A stretch of DNA of 63,206 bases, counting the filler, from Folioceros fuciformis (Eukaryota): assembly GCA_049999805.1 (NCBI GenBank). It is 27 parts of 27 records of this genome, joined end to end, with 100 filler letters (N's around TTAATTAATTAA, not from the genome) between each part and the next. Parts side by side here need not be neighbours in the genome. Positions count along the whole stretch, not along the records: positions 51,629 to 53,344 come from JBNGIO010002557.1; positions 53,445 to 55,053 come from JBNGIO010002558.1; positions 55,154 to 56,803 come from JBNGIO010002559.1; positions 56,904 to 58,175 come from JBNGIO010002560.1; positions 58,276 to 59,579 come from JBNGIO010002561.1; positions 59,680 to 60,792 come from JBNGIO010002562.1; positions 60,893 to 62,017 come from JBNGIO010002563.1; positions 62,118 to 63,206 come from JBNGIO010002564.1; 19 more parts are not named here. One strand, written 5' to 3'. The notes under the pieces are model-generated. The model saw only the letters and a program-made list of their open reading frames with translations. It searched no databases and was not told where the DNA came from. The translations under genes and the position numbers were made by a program. Positions 52,070 through 63,206 of the stretch are shown one piece after another; position 1 is the stretch's first letter, and each line of letters opens with the position of its first letter.

Positions 52070-53344
52070 ATGACGTCCTCAGAAAATGTCATGTTCAATA
52101 TCAAGAAGTTAGATGGTACTAACTTCCCATTCTGGAAAGAACAATTGTATAATGTTCTAGTGCAGAAGAAGTAGATCAAGCTCATAAAGTTGCTAGGAGT
52201 GAAACCTGTTACCATGACTCAGGATGAGTGGCAAGATCTAGATGAGCTTGCTAGATCTACCATCATGCTAACATTGTCGAAGTCGATCTACTTCAACGTG
52301 AAAGACATGACCACAAGTTTCGAGCTATGGCAGAAGTTGTGTGACTTGTATGAGAAGCAAAGTGCGGCTTCTCAGGTGTACTAGTTGAAACAGCTGGTGG
52401 ACTTGAAGATGAAGGAAGGGACGAGGATGTCTAATCATCTGAATGAGTTCAATATCATTTTCAGCCAGCTCTCATCTCAAGGTATCACATTCCCAGATTC
52501 CGTGAGAGCTATGTTTCCGTTGGTCACATTACCAGAGAGTTGGGACACCTTTCGTACAGATCTAAGTAATTCCGCTCTCGCCAGTGGTCTTACCATTGTA
52601 AATGTAGAAGGTAGCCTTTTAACAAAGGAGGTGAACAGGAAGAATAAGGAACCTTCAAAAGGTTCTAATGCTCTCATGGTGAGAGGAAGGTCCACTTCAA
52701 AGGGGAAGTACAAGGAGCGAAGTCTTTCCCGTAGTAAATCTCGTAGTCGTAACAATGTTGAGTGTTACCTTTGTCACAAGAAGGGTCACATCTGAAGGGA
52801 CAACGAGAAGTTCAAGAAGGACAAAGGAAAGGAGAAGAAGTAGAGCGACAACAAGGCAAGCTTGAATATCAAGCATGACAAGGTGAATTCTGTTAACGAT
52901 GGAGATGTTCTTATCTCTTCTTCCTTTGATTCTGCACAACCGACAGCCGTGGAGAGTCACTTATTCTCTAATAGGATAATTGACTCTGGAGCATCTTTCC
53001 ATGTTACTCCGCATAGGGAGTGGTTAAGCACCTATGATGCTGCTAGGAAAGGATGTGTTCGGCTTGGAAATAACTACACATGCAAGATTGCAGGCGTTGG
53101 TGATGTGCAGCTGAAGTTCAACAACGGATCTTCATTCGTACTGAAGGATGTTAGGCATGTTCCGAAGTTGACAAAAAGCATGATTAGTGCAGTTGGATGA
53201 CGCTGGCTACCACTGTTGGTTTGGAGATCATTCTTGGAAGATCTCTAAAGGTTCTCTTGTGTTAGCTCGTGGATCGAGGGTACTTTGGGCACTTTGCACT
53301 CACTTTCAGGTAACCACTGTCAAGGATCATGTGATTTGTGTAAC
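52070..53344 (+). mobile_element. Ty1/Copia LTR retrotransposon gag-protease region, inactivated
   Basis: Motifs IKKLDGTNFPFWK, DELARSTIML.LS, LKMKEG....HLNEFN, LPESWDTF, a zinc knuckle CYLCHKKGH, protease IIDSGASFH, and LKDVRHVP.L.K.MIS. In-frame stops are at 52172, 52382, 52793 and 52841, with a frameshift near 53195. Confidence 0.93.
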
Positions 53345-53908
53345 NNNNNNNNNNNNNNNNNNNNNNNNNNNNNNNNNNNNNNNNNNNNTTAATTAATTAA
53401 NNNNNNNNNNNNNNNNNNNNNNNNNNNNNNNNNNNNNNNNNNNNGTTCACAAGAGGCCCTTGATGACTGCTAGCTCCAAGTGGAATAGGTACTCAACTTC
53501 AAATTTGGCCTTTTTTTTATTGCTCTAACTTACTCCTATACATCCTTGTCATATTGCAATGCATGAAAAAAAAACCTCTTTATTCATAAAGTAAAATTTT
53601 CAATTAAGTGCATTTCTAAATAATACTTAGAAGAGTATGTAGCTTACTATCTCTTTGTTCCAATTTGTAAAACATGACCTATAAATTGATTAAAAAAATG
53701 TTCCACGTAAAGCTATGACACTCAATACTTACTATATCATAATTATCAAAGATTATTTCAACTTTGAGAAATTACTTAATATTTAATAATCAAGTTATAA
53801 CTTAATATGTATCATATTCAAAGATAACTAGATGCCTCAAATAGAATCTCATTCATCAGCAGAGTACCATATTTATATCCAAATATTTTTTGTTCCATAT
53901 GATTTTAG

Positions 53909-54010
53909 ATTCAAATGAAACGAGAGGCAATTCAAAAGGAGCAAGAAAGGCAAAAGAAGCAAGAAGAATTTAAGCAACAATTAGAGAAAATTCAAGAAGC
54001 TCAAAAGCAG
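53909..54010 (+). CDS. Isolated internal exon encoding a charged coiled coil (gene or pseudogene fragment)
   Basis: A 102-nt AG..GT-bounded phase-0 exon reads IQMKREAIQKEQERQKKQEEFKQQLEKIQEAQKQ. Confidence 0.45.
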
Positions 54011-55839
54011 GTAAATTGCCTTTGTGCAATAACTTTTTTTTAATATGTTAAGTCATCTATATACATGTATATTTATATATTCATGGGTAATAGGTGATCA
54101 ATGCATTCATATTCTGAAAATAAAAATGTAGGCGAGCTGCTTTTTCTTTGAATACTTTTATAAAATTTAAACACAGGGTACAACATTAACTCTCGAGCAA
54201 AAGCTTCCCATTGAGCAACTTCTACTCTACTAAAGCTTGGGCTTGGGCTTGAGCTTGGGCTAGACCCTACCCTTGTCCACAATGGTTATTGTATGTCCTT
54301 CCTCCCAAATTCATCTATTTGAGTTCTCTTCTCCTCTTTACCCACGCTATTGTCACCAAAACCGCAAGATCGTGGAGGCAGTGGTGGGTGAAGCTCCTCC
54401 AACATCTTCTTCAGGGTTATGGATTGTACCTGCCAGTCTGCAGGCTCCAACTCGAGACGCTTCCACCCCCGAAACTGATACCCAGCTTCTAACTCTTCTG
54501 CCACAAGTCGGCTTTGCTTACACTGCCCATCGCGATAGGCATGGCAAAATCTCCCCCTAACCCCATCGTACCCATTGATCCTGCTCCACCGATGGCCTCA
54601 TTCGTCCCGACCTCTCCTATTCCCTTGCCTTCTCATTAAGGCAAGCCACTAGCTAGCGGCAGGCACTTGATAGCATCGGACTATTAGGTCCTTAGTAAGT
54701 CGTAGGGTCTACCTTTTTCTTAATGACGGTTTTGCGGACATTTGGTTTGGACCTTGTATAAAACCCCTCCTTAAAATATTGTGAGGGGCCTTGGACCCTG
54801 CTTTCCGAATTGGAGCACACTCTTCCCTCCCAACTCCCATCTTTGCGTTTGATCTCTTGACTTCCTGCACGCTCAAAATTCCATCCACCCTTGGAGTGTC
54901 ACCGAAGGGCCCCCACCCCTTGCGACATCTTGCCGAATGTCTAATTGCTCTTCAAGAGCGATGAAGATACACGACGCTCGGGAAGCGTACCTAGCTAACA
55001 TGTTCAAGCCTAAGCTACGGCGACTCCCTTCGATGGATCGCCCATGGTTAGTANNNNNNNNNNNNNNNNNNNNNNNNNNNNNNNNNNNNNNNNNNNNTTA
55101 ATTAATTAANNNNNNNNNNNNNNNNNNNNNNNNNNNNNNNNNNNNNNNNNNNNCCACGGCCTAATGCAAATTATCTCTTCTTCTAATCTTTCTCTTGCTC
55201 GATCCTAATCTAACCTTTACACCCACGGGTTTCTGCCCTGGACCTTCCAGACTCTTAGAGCTGGCTTATTCCATGCTCCTCACACATGCAAGGGCTGATC
55301 CTTGGGGAACAAAGCCTTGCGGATCAGCCACACCTCCCCACACACTCATGCAACACACCACACACATGGAAATCACACACAAGAGCTTTGGTTCACGGTT
55401 ATTTTCACAGGCCTGCCCCCAAGGGTCTCAATCTCTAGCAGTGTCTCCAAATCTCCCAGCAAATCTTTCACCACTCCTCACAATCCCTCACAATCTCTCA
55501 TGGGCTTCAACAAGCTCCTACAGCCACTCACAACACTTCGAAATCTTGCAGAAATTCTCCAGGATTCGGATCCAAATCTTCAGCACTCTTTCTCCATTTT
55601 CCAACAATCTTCTTAGCCGTTTTCTCTTCAGTTCTCCAACAATGTTTCCAGCAATCTTACAGCAACATCAGTAGCCTCTCACAGTCCTCCACAAACGTCT
55701 AGGGATTCCTAAGAAATTCCCTAGCAATCTCGTCCAGGCCTCAACAATCTTCCTCAACAAATTTTCAGCGATTCTTCCAGCAGTCTTCCACAATTCTCCT
55801 CAGTCTCTCAGCTTTCTCTTCCTCACCAGGTTCAGCATG

Positions 55840-56250
55840 TAGCTAATGGTTCAGGGAATAAGGGAAGGAGAAACACTCCCTCCACTCCAGCAGCGATGGA
55901 TTCGTCCCCCTCTCCTTAGCTACGGACCAAAATCAGTCCTCACTCACTCCTTCTCAACTCACTCCAGCTCCTCAGCCTCCTTCTCCTTCTCCTCACTCAC
56001 TCTCAGCCTTCTCCTTCTCCTCACTCACTCTTCAGCCTTCTCCTCAACTCATAGTCTCTTCAACTCCATATTAAAAATGCAGCCAATCGTTCAAGGAATA
56101 AGGGAAGGAGAAGCTTTGTCTCCACTCCAGCATCTAGTGGATTCGTCCCCCTCACTCTCACTGCAAAACACAACTGGCCGTTCAGGGAATAAGGGAAGGA
56201 GGTGCTCCTTCCACTCTACGCAACTCGCAGCTTCGTCCCCCTCACTTTCA
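55840..56250. repeat. Three degenerate direct repeats in a pyrimidine-skewed, probably retroelement-derived contig
   Basis: TTCARGGAATAAGGGAAGGAG...TTCGTCCCCCTC occurs near 55850, 56090 and 56181. Confidence 0.7.
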
Positions 56251-56903
56251 GCTGTGGAGCAAAAATGTGGGCCCACCCTAGGAGCGTCTCGCACTCACGG
56301 CCTCACCCAAACATCTCCAGTCCAGCCATGGACAACGCAGGGGATCTCAACCGGGAGGAGTCTCAAACATTTGCTAATCAGAGAGGCACCGACAAGCCCC
56401 TTTTGTACAGAGTTTCCAAGAGCGAGAGTCATAGCCCGTCATAAAATCTAGTTCTAAAATAGTCAACTTTAGAAAAGGTGCTCTTATTAGCAAGCGGCAC
56501 CAGGTCAGGATAGCATCTTGCCAAATCTTATGTAAATACTATTTGAAGATGCAACCACTTCTAGCTTATCTTAGCGCCACCCTCTCTCCTCCTATTTATT
56601 CTTCTGGCCCACCTTCCCCCGCCACAAAATCTTCAGGCTCTCCCTTCATGCTGCTGATTGGGCGAATCTTTCTAAAAATATCCACCTCACTCCAGCTACT
56701 GGCTGACCTATCATGGCTGTCCACTCTCTGCCCTCCAAGGATGTTGGAGTGCCTCCTGTCACTCTGGCTGCAGTTATTTCCATTTCAGGCCTCTTGGTGC
56801 AGGNNNNNNNNNNNNNNNNNNNNNNNNNNNNNNNNNNNNNNNNNNNNTTAATTAATTAANNNNNNNNNNNNNNNNNNNNNNNNNNNNNNNNNNNNNNNNN
56901 NNN

Positions 56904-57362
56904 CTCCCCCTCCCACTCGCCGGGCTCCAACACTCTCCCCTTCCGCTTCTCCAACATCTCCATCTCCTCCCTCGCATTCCTCAGCGTCGCCCTCCGCACC
57001 TGCACCCCGCGCGGGCCCTCGTCGTCCTCCTCAAACGAGTCCCTGCGCGCCGCCTTGAGCGCCGAAAGGGCTTCGTGGCGGTGCGTGTGCGCGATGTCGG
57101 AGGGCGTTGGCGGGTTTGACGAAAGAGGTTGGTGTGCTGGGTTGTCGGTGACTGGGGGGAGGATTTGGGGCCGTGGTGGTGTTGGGTCGGTGAGGTGCGG
57201 GGTTGTGTTTGCTGTTGTTGTTGTTGTGGATGCTGCTCGTGAGCGGGATGTGGTTGGGGTTTGGGGTGCTGTGTCCGTGGTTGATGAGGATGCTGTTGTT
57301 GCTGATGAAGTGCGGCGGCGGAAAGGGTTCGAGAAGGATATGGACGGTTTGCGGAGCTGCAT
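56904..57362 (-). CDS. Hypothetical low-complexity Thr/Ser/Pro-rich protein, 3'-truncated
   Basis: ATG 57362 opens MQLRKPSISFSNPFRRR.., which stays open to the contig end. TATATAAA lies on the minus strand about 150 bp upstream. Confidence 0.45.
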
Positions 57363-58275
57363 CTTGGCTAGACGAATGAATTCCAAATGCTCCTTTGTGA
57401 TACTGTTTTGATTGGCTTTTTTTTTAAAAATGAGATCTAGCCTTTGCGTATGTGTGTGGCTCAGTGAATTGAGATTGGCGCATGACAAATGATTCTCTTG
57501 TTGGATTTATATATACCTTTCTTGCTGCACCAAGTCCTGTCGAAGACGTCACCTTCTTCACCTAATGCAGCCATCTCCCCTCACCTAGAATTTTAATTCC
57601 CACAAAATTTCCCCTGGTACCTCGCGCGCTTCCAGATACCTGACTGGTCGAACCAGACGAATCCCCAACTCGAACCCAGCGGGCCGGGACGCGTAACCCG
57701 CAAACGTCAACGTCACGAACCACATCTTGGTACCGACCATCGCCCTATCCCGGATGCGTCTATTCAACAAAGATATCATGAGCCGATTCTTGCACATTCG
57801 CATCCAGGTACGCGGGTGAACAAAATCTCAGCCGTCTAATCTTTCCTTTGTACCTGGATCGGAGATTTGCGTAGGTGCCGCTGCTAGGAACGCAGTGGCT
57901 CATTATTTCGACGGAGCATTACTTCTGCGCGAATCACGCATTCTGCGCAGATGAGCGCAGCGATAGAGCGAGTATTCGCCCAGTCTTGGTATGTGGGGTT
58001 ACAATTCGTGCAATTGGCTGTGCAGATGCATGGCGTTGAGTAGACTGTGTGGCCGCATTGGAGGGCGTGGGCTTGCTCGCCATGGTGGAGCATTTGGCCT
58101 GGGAACACGGTACTGAGCATTGAGCTTGCCTCATCGGCAGAGATGGCGAGGGTGATTTGTAGCTCGCGCTTGGTGNNNNNNNNNNNNNNNNNNNNNNNNN
58201 NNNNNNNNNNNNNNNNNNNTTAATTAATTAANNNNNNNNNNNNNNNNNNNNNNNNNNNNNNNNNNNNNNNNNNNN

Positions 58276-58563
58276 GTCCAGGTGCTGGAGCCTGGCTGCG
58301 GCAGCGGCGCTGTTCCGTCCGTTAGGCGTGGTCATCACCACGTCACTCCCCCGGGATGGAGAGCCGTTGCTTCCGCTGTCCATGGAGATTGCAGGCGCAG
58401 AGGCAGAGGCTGCCGAGCCCGAGGAGCCTACCAGGGCAAACTTGCCGGGCTGCGCCTTCGGCAGGCCATTGCCATTACCATTGCCATTGCCATGGCCCGA
58501 GGCCCCGAACTCCGCCGCTGCTACTCCCAGTGCAGAGCCAAAATCTTTGCCCATCATTTCCAT
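58276..58563 (-). CDS. Probable E2F dimerization partner (DP) transcription factor N-terminus, truncated
   Basis: ISMDSGSNGSPSRGSD..MTTP...ARLQHLD resembles the plant DPb N-terminal motif (S.S.SGS.GSPS.RS...RLN.LD). The DNA-binding domain is not visible. Confidence 0.5.
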
Positions 58564-61500
58564 TCCCCCGGTAAAGACCCGCGGCTGTCATAGATCCAGA
58601 TCCCCATCCGGCGCGACATGGGTGCTGCGATTCCTGGAGCCCTCCTCCCCGCCCTGCTGCCAAGCCCAACCCTCCCCTCCTGCCGGCTCCGGGATCAAGC
58701 AAAGCGCAGCGCTCAGCGGGCTACTGAGCAGCAGCAGCAGCAACCACGGCACGCAGGGTCGGTCTGTTTGAATGCCACCATTACCGAAATCCCTCCAAGT
58801 TCAGACCACGACCATCTCTCTTGCCCCCCCTCCCTCCTCTCTCTTCCTCTATCCCCGTCTCCCACTTCTCCTCTAACTTAGCGGAGTTTTTCCCGATCCC
58901 CCTAGATTTGGCGGGCCTACCTGGGCTCCACCTCCCCGCTCTCCCTTCCCATTCGAACTCCTCACCACAGGATTCACTCCACTTCTCCCTGTCATCCCTC
59001 CGTTCTTTCCATTGCCCACATCGTTAGAATTTGTGCATTCGTGCACTGCAAGGCTCCATGATTTGGGATTAGCAATGCCGCTTCTCCCAACTCTCTTGCT
59101 CTGCGCATCTCATCTTTGCTTGAATTTTGTTCAATTCATAAGGAAGCTATCACATGCATGAGTGATTGTACCTAGGAGATTTGCAATCCATCCCATTCCA
59201 TTCCTGCAAAGGATTCCATCGAAAGACACCTCCTTTCATCATTCATTAGAGGATCAAAGCAATCCCATGCACAAAGCCATTCAAAATGCTGGCTCTGGTG
59301 ATGAGCAACGAACCACCCACGTGGGTAGTACCCAGTCTGGATCCCTAGTAGAAATATGGGAATAAAACTTCCTCATAACAAAACAAAAAGGAGCTGGGCG
59401 GCTCTGCCTCCATTGGGCCAGCTAACTTTAGCGGGGACGGATACACGGCCTCACCTACCGGTTGAAGCCGGTACCGGATTCCCAGAATTACACTTGTTAT
59501 ATTTGAATTGACCGGGCATGGTCCATGTGGATAATGGGAGGAAGGGCAAAAGATGGGAAAAAGGGCAGGACAGTAGAATNNNNNNNNNNNNNNNNNNNNN
59601 NNNNNNNNNNNNNNNNNNNNNNNTTAATTAATTAANNNNNNNNNNNNNNNNNNNNNNNNNNNNNNNNNNNNNNNNNNNNATACCCACTCTTATAACCAAG
59701 CTAACTATTTCCTGGTCAATTAACCTAATTAGCACAAAGAGAAATAGGAAAAATGACCAGAAAATCAAGGAAAATTAGGGAAAATAAGTTGAAAAAGAAA
59801 ACCAAACCATACCACTATTAACCCTTTTTCAACCAAAACAAATTACTACCCCAAACTTTGGAGGTTCACACTAGGCACCACCTTCATGTTTCCCGTAAAT
59901 AAGAACTTTCTATCAACCCACATGTATCTTCTACTTCGCTTTGTTACTCTATTATTTTCCTTTACAGTCAACATCTTCTTATTTCCACCTGTCATAATAC
60001 ACTCCATTGTATTCTTTTTTTTTTGCGGAGAAAAAAATCTAATCACAGCCTAGACTGCAACAAGGGTACAGCAGCTACGCATGCAACTGCATGATGAGTT
60101 AGCATGCAAGCTAGTTCTATTCTGCCGAAACACGTACACCTGATCTAACCTGCGGCGGGAGACACCTTGACCTGATGGAACTTACCTGCCCCAAGGCCAG
60201 ACGTAGTCCCACTGACCATTGTGCCGAAGGAATCTAGCTAGCTTCCACTCTTTCCTTCTAAACTTAGAGTGGGAGGAAGAGCGCATGCTTTCCGTGACCA
60301 CAAGGACCTGTCCCCAAATGCGCCATAACAGAGCTTTCCCAGAGGCCAAATCGTTCCCGCCATAGACCATTGCCATCTAATTTTGCCACAACGAGAAGAG
60401 AGACAAGGCCCAAACCACTCCCCACCATTGGTACTGAAGCAGCGGCCCCCCCGACTACCCATCTAGCCCGAATAAGGCAGGTTGCTCGGTAACCAGGATG
60501 GTCTTCTAAGGGAGAAGACCCTTTAGCCACCGGCCCACTTCGTTCCAGGTATTGTCGAAGAGTTAGGGGAACCTAGGCCTTTTGTTAAATACATGCATAC
60601 TTAATTAATTAATGAACAGTCAACGGGCATGTGCCAACGGGCACATGCCAACCAGTACAGGTTGTGTCGGTTAGGTCAAACGGTGTCCTGACACTTGGAC
60701 ATGCCGACAACACCTGTGTGCTGAATGTCCTCTTTTATAAGTATGTTGTCTTTCTGCTCATCGTCGTGATCTTGTGATCCTAGCCTCTATTCNNNNNNNN
60801 NNNNNNNNNNNNNNNNNNNNNNNNNNNNNNNNNNNNTTAATTAATTAANNNNNNNNNNNNNNNNNNNNNNNNNNNNNNNNNNNNNNNNNNNNATTCCGCC
60901 AAACGGCTGCAAATAGGCAGCCCTATCTGGCTGCAGGCAAACAGCACTGCAAGCGAGCAGACCCGACCAACAGCAGGCGGCTTAACAAGCGGGCTGCCTG
61001 ACCACGTTAGGGGGAAGCAGGCCATCCTGTGGGCTGGCTGCCTGGCTAGATCCGGGTCGGGCTGGCCAGCAAGCGAGCCCAGGCACGCGAGCAAATTGGT
61101 AGGGGGGGCCTGCCAGATCCGGTTAGCTTCCCGGCCGGATCTAGCCGGCCAGCAAGTTGGCCCGGCGGCTGGCATGGCCGCCGAGGAAGGCAGGCGGCCA
61201 GCAGCGTAGGCAGCGGCCTGGCCGGATCGCCAAGCAAGCCGCATTGGTGGTAGGATGGCCGGAACCACAGGTGCAGCAGCCTAGGAGCCGGATTCGGGCT
61301 GAGGCCGATAGGATTCAACGGGGTGGCCGGGCAGGCGGATTGAAGTAGGAGCCATCCAGGCTGGGGCCGGATTTAGTTGGCCAGGCGGATCAGAGGGGAG
61401 CGCCGGCATCCAAGTGATCGATGCTCCAAACATGCGGGTGCTAGGATGAGTCTAGCAAGCTAGCTAGTTGGTGACGAATCTAAGCCTAGCCGGACTAATG

Positions 61501-62117
61501 GGACTGAGCGGGGCCGGGCTAGCAGGCGAATCAAGGCGGGGGTGGATCGGACCCAGGCAGACTGGATCGCGGCAGGATAGTAGGCGGAGTTGATGGCTAG
61601 CAGTGAGGCGCCTGATTCGGTGGTTGGACCGGTTCGGCGGCTAGGTGATTGGGGCTCAAAGACTCCTAATGGGTGTGACTGCAGGGAGGATCGGGGGTGC
61701 TAAGGGGCGGGGAGGAGGGATGGAGGCTCATCGGCCTATTCTCTCCTAAACGAAACCATTCACATCCTCGTGCCCAAGCCAGAATTGGATCCTAGTCGTG
61801 CTAAGCACTGGCAAGTGAAGGTGGCTCCAATAGAGGAACTAGCCAAGAGAAGTCTGAGAGGCTGTGGGAGGCTTGATGGTGGTGGAGCGGGTTGCTAGGA
61901 TAGTAGCTTGTTGTCAGGGGGAAGCCAATGGTGGTGTTCTGAGTGACACTCCACGGATGATAGGCCTCCCTAACAATATGAGGGAATGGAACATTCCATC
62001 CTGTGATCCTACGGCTTNNNNNNNNNNNNNNNNNNNNNNNNNNNNNNNNNNNNNNNNNNNNTTAATTAATTAANNNNNNNNNNNNNNNNNNNNNNNNNNN
62101 NNNNNNNNNNNNNNNNN

Positions 62118-63206
62118 AAGTAAGAAAATATAGTATTTAGTAGATCTAGATATAGTAGATACTTTTAAAATTAATAAAGAAGAACTAGAGTACTTAAAAC
62201 TACTTAAGCTTAAGCTTATCTTAGAAATAGAAGCTTCTATCTTAGAAGAATTATAAATTAAGAAATTATAAAATACTCTAATATAGAGATTTTCTTACTC
62301 TATAAGATCTACTACTACTATACTTTAGAGTATAGCTATATAAGCTATAAGAACTAAAGAAGCTTCTAATAATAAGTAATAAAAACTTTAAGTCTATAAG
62401 AATCGCGTACTAGAGATATATAAGGTTTAAATTACTAAGTATAAAGCTAATTTAAGTATTTAGAGCTCTAAAGCTATATATCTATACTACTTATAAACTT
62501 AAGTTAATATAATAGTTAATTAATTACTTACTACTCTAGCTATAATAGTACTAGTTACTAAGAAGAAGATTACTCTTTAAAGACTTATTTAAGCTCTAAA
62601 AAGAAAGTTTACTTCTACTATATTAAGTACTACTAATATAGTACGCTTCTAGTACTATACTTACCTATAGAAGGTAAGATAGAGCTAAATTAAGCCTAAG
62701 TAATAGTACTAAGATTAGTATACTCTCTATATTAAAGTAAGAACTTATAAAATTAATAATATAGAAAAAGAGCTTATAGTATAGAACTTCTTTAACGCTA
62801 TCTTTTATAAGCTTATACTAGATTAGGCTTAAATAATAAACTAAATAATTATATAAGCCTTAGTACTTAGATAACTAATACTTAACTTATTATAGGTTAA
62901 GTAAATTTTTTTAGCTCTTATATAAAAGTATAGACTAAAAGCTTTAAATAATAACTTAGAAATCTTTACTACTTTTAGTAGATTACTTTTTTTTTTTAAA
63001 GAGTAATAAAACTAAAGTACTTTTATAGTAGATTATATAAGTAGCTATCTACTAAGTACTATAAAGTATAAATAGTATTTATAGAATCTTTATATATAGA
63101 AGCTCTACTAGCTATTAAAAATAAAGAGAAGAGTAAAATACTTAAAAAACTTAAAGATTTATAGTATACTTTAATTAAATTAAGTATTAAAAAGAGTACT
63201 ATAGTA
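62118..63206. mobile_element. Heavily RIP-mutated repeat relic, probably of ascomycete fungal origin
   Basis: I found no CA or TG dinucleotide on reading 1089 bp. TA is extremely frequent, nearly every C is followed by T, and the ORF track lists no ORF here. Confidence 0.8.

Noticed and set aside
52172..52843. In-frame stops in Copia gag as sites of readthrough or U-to-C editing
   Set aside because: They are consistent with ordinary C>T/G>A decay (for example TGG>TAG) and come with a frameshift. PPR-mediated editing is organellar.
60601..60612. TTAATTAATTAA without flanking Ns
   Set aside because: It is most simply a natural (TTAA)n tract and gives no evidence of a hidden join.
20822..62117. 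Regularly recurring TTAATTAATTAA as a biological repeat or CRISPR-like array
   Set aside because: It is always flanked by N runs to a total of about 100 nt and has stops in all frames, so it is an artificial join. Gene neighbourhoods across these linkers are not real.

Overview
This window is eukaryotic, not prokaryotic, and not one continuous locus. It consists of 27 contigs joined by 26 artificial 100-nt linkers (N44-TTAATTAATTAA-N44), so adjacency across linkers is meaningless. Most contigs look like nuclear DNA of a seed-free land plant, most likely a hornwort, inferred from a decayed GRP-type DYW:KP PPR gene. Contig 1 (1-20821) holds a CalS11/12-type callose synthase with about 30 exons, an intronless mitochondrial dicarboxylate carrier, a DUF1230/CGLD27 gene, a tRNA-like Pol III element, the PPR-DYW:KP pseudogene and an intronless hexokinase. 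The small contigs carry fragments of EXORDIUM, ERD2, plastid RPS5, an LRR-RLK kinase, ORTHRUS/VIM, xylulose kinase, nicalin, a DP-like factor and decayed Copia elements. They also carry several AT-rich oddities: a kinase-only haspin, a lipocalin interrupted by a helical insert, and a Cys-rich peptide. The last contig has no CpA or TpG dinucleotide that I could find, the signature of fungal RIP, which points to co-sequenced ascomycete DNA. All family calls come from motif recognition by eye; no searches were run. I found no clearly new multi-gene system. The best candidates for novelty are the tRNA-like ncRNA, the split lipocalin, the divergent haspin and the unusual intron pattern.
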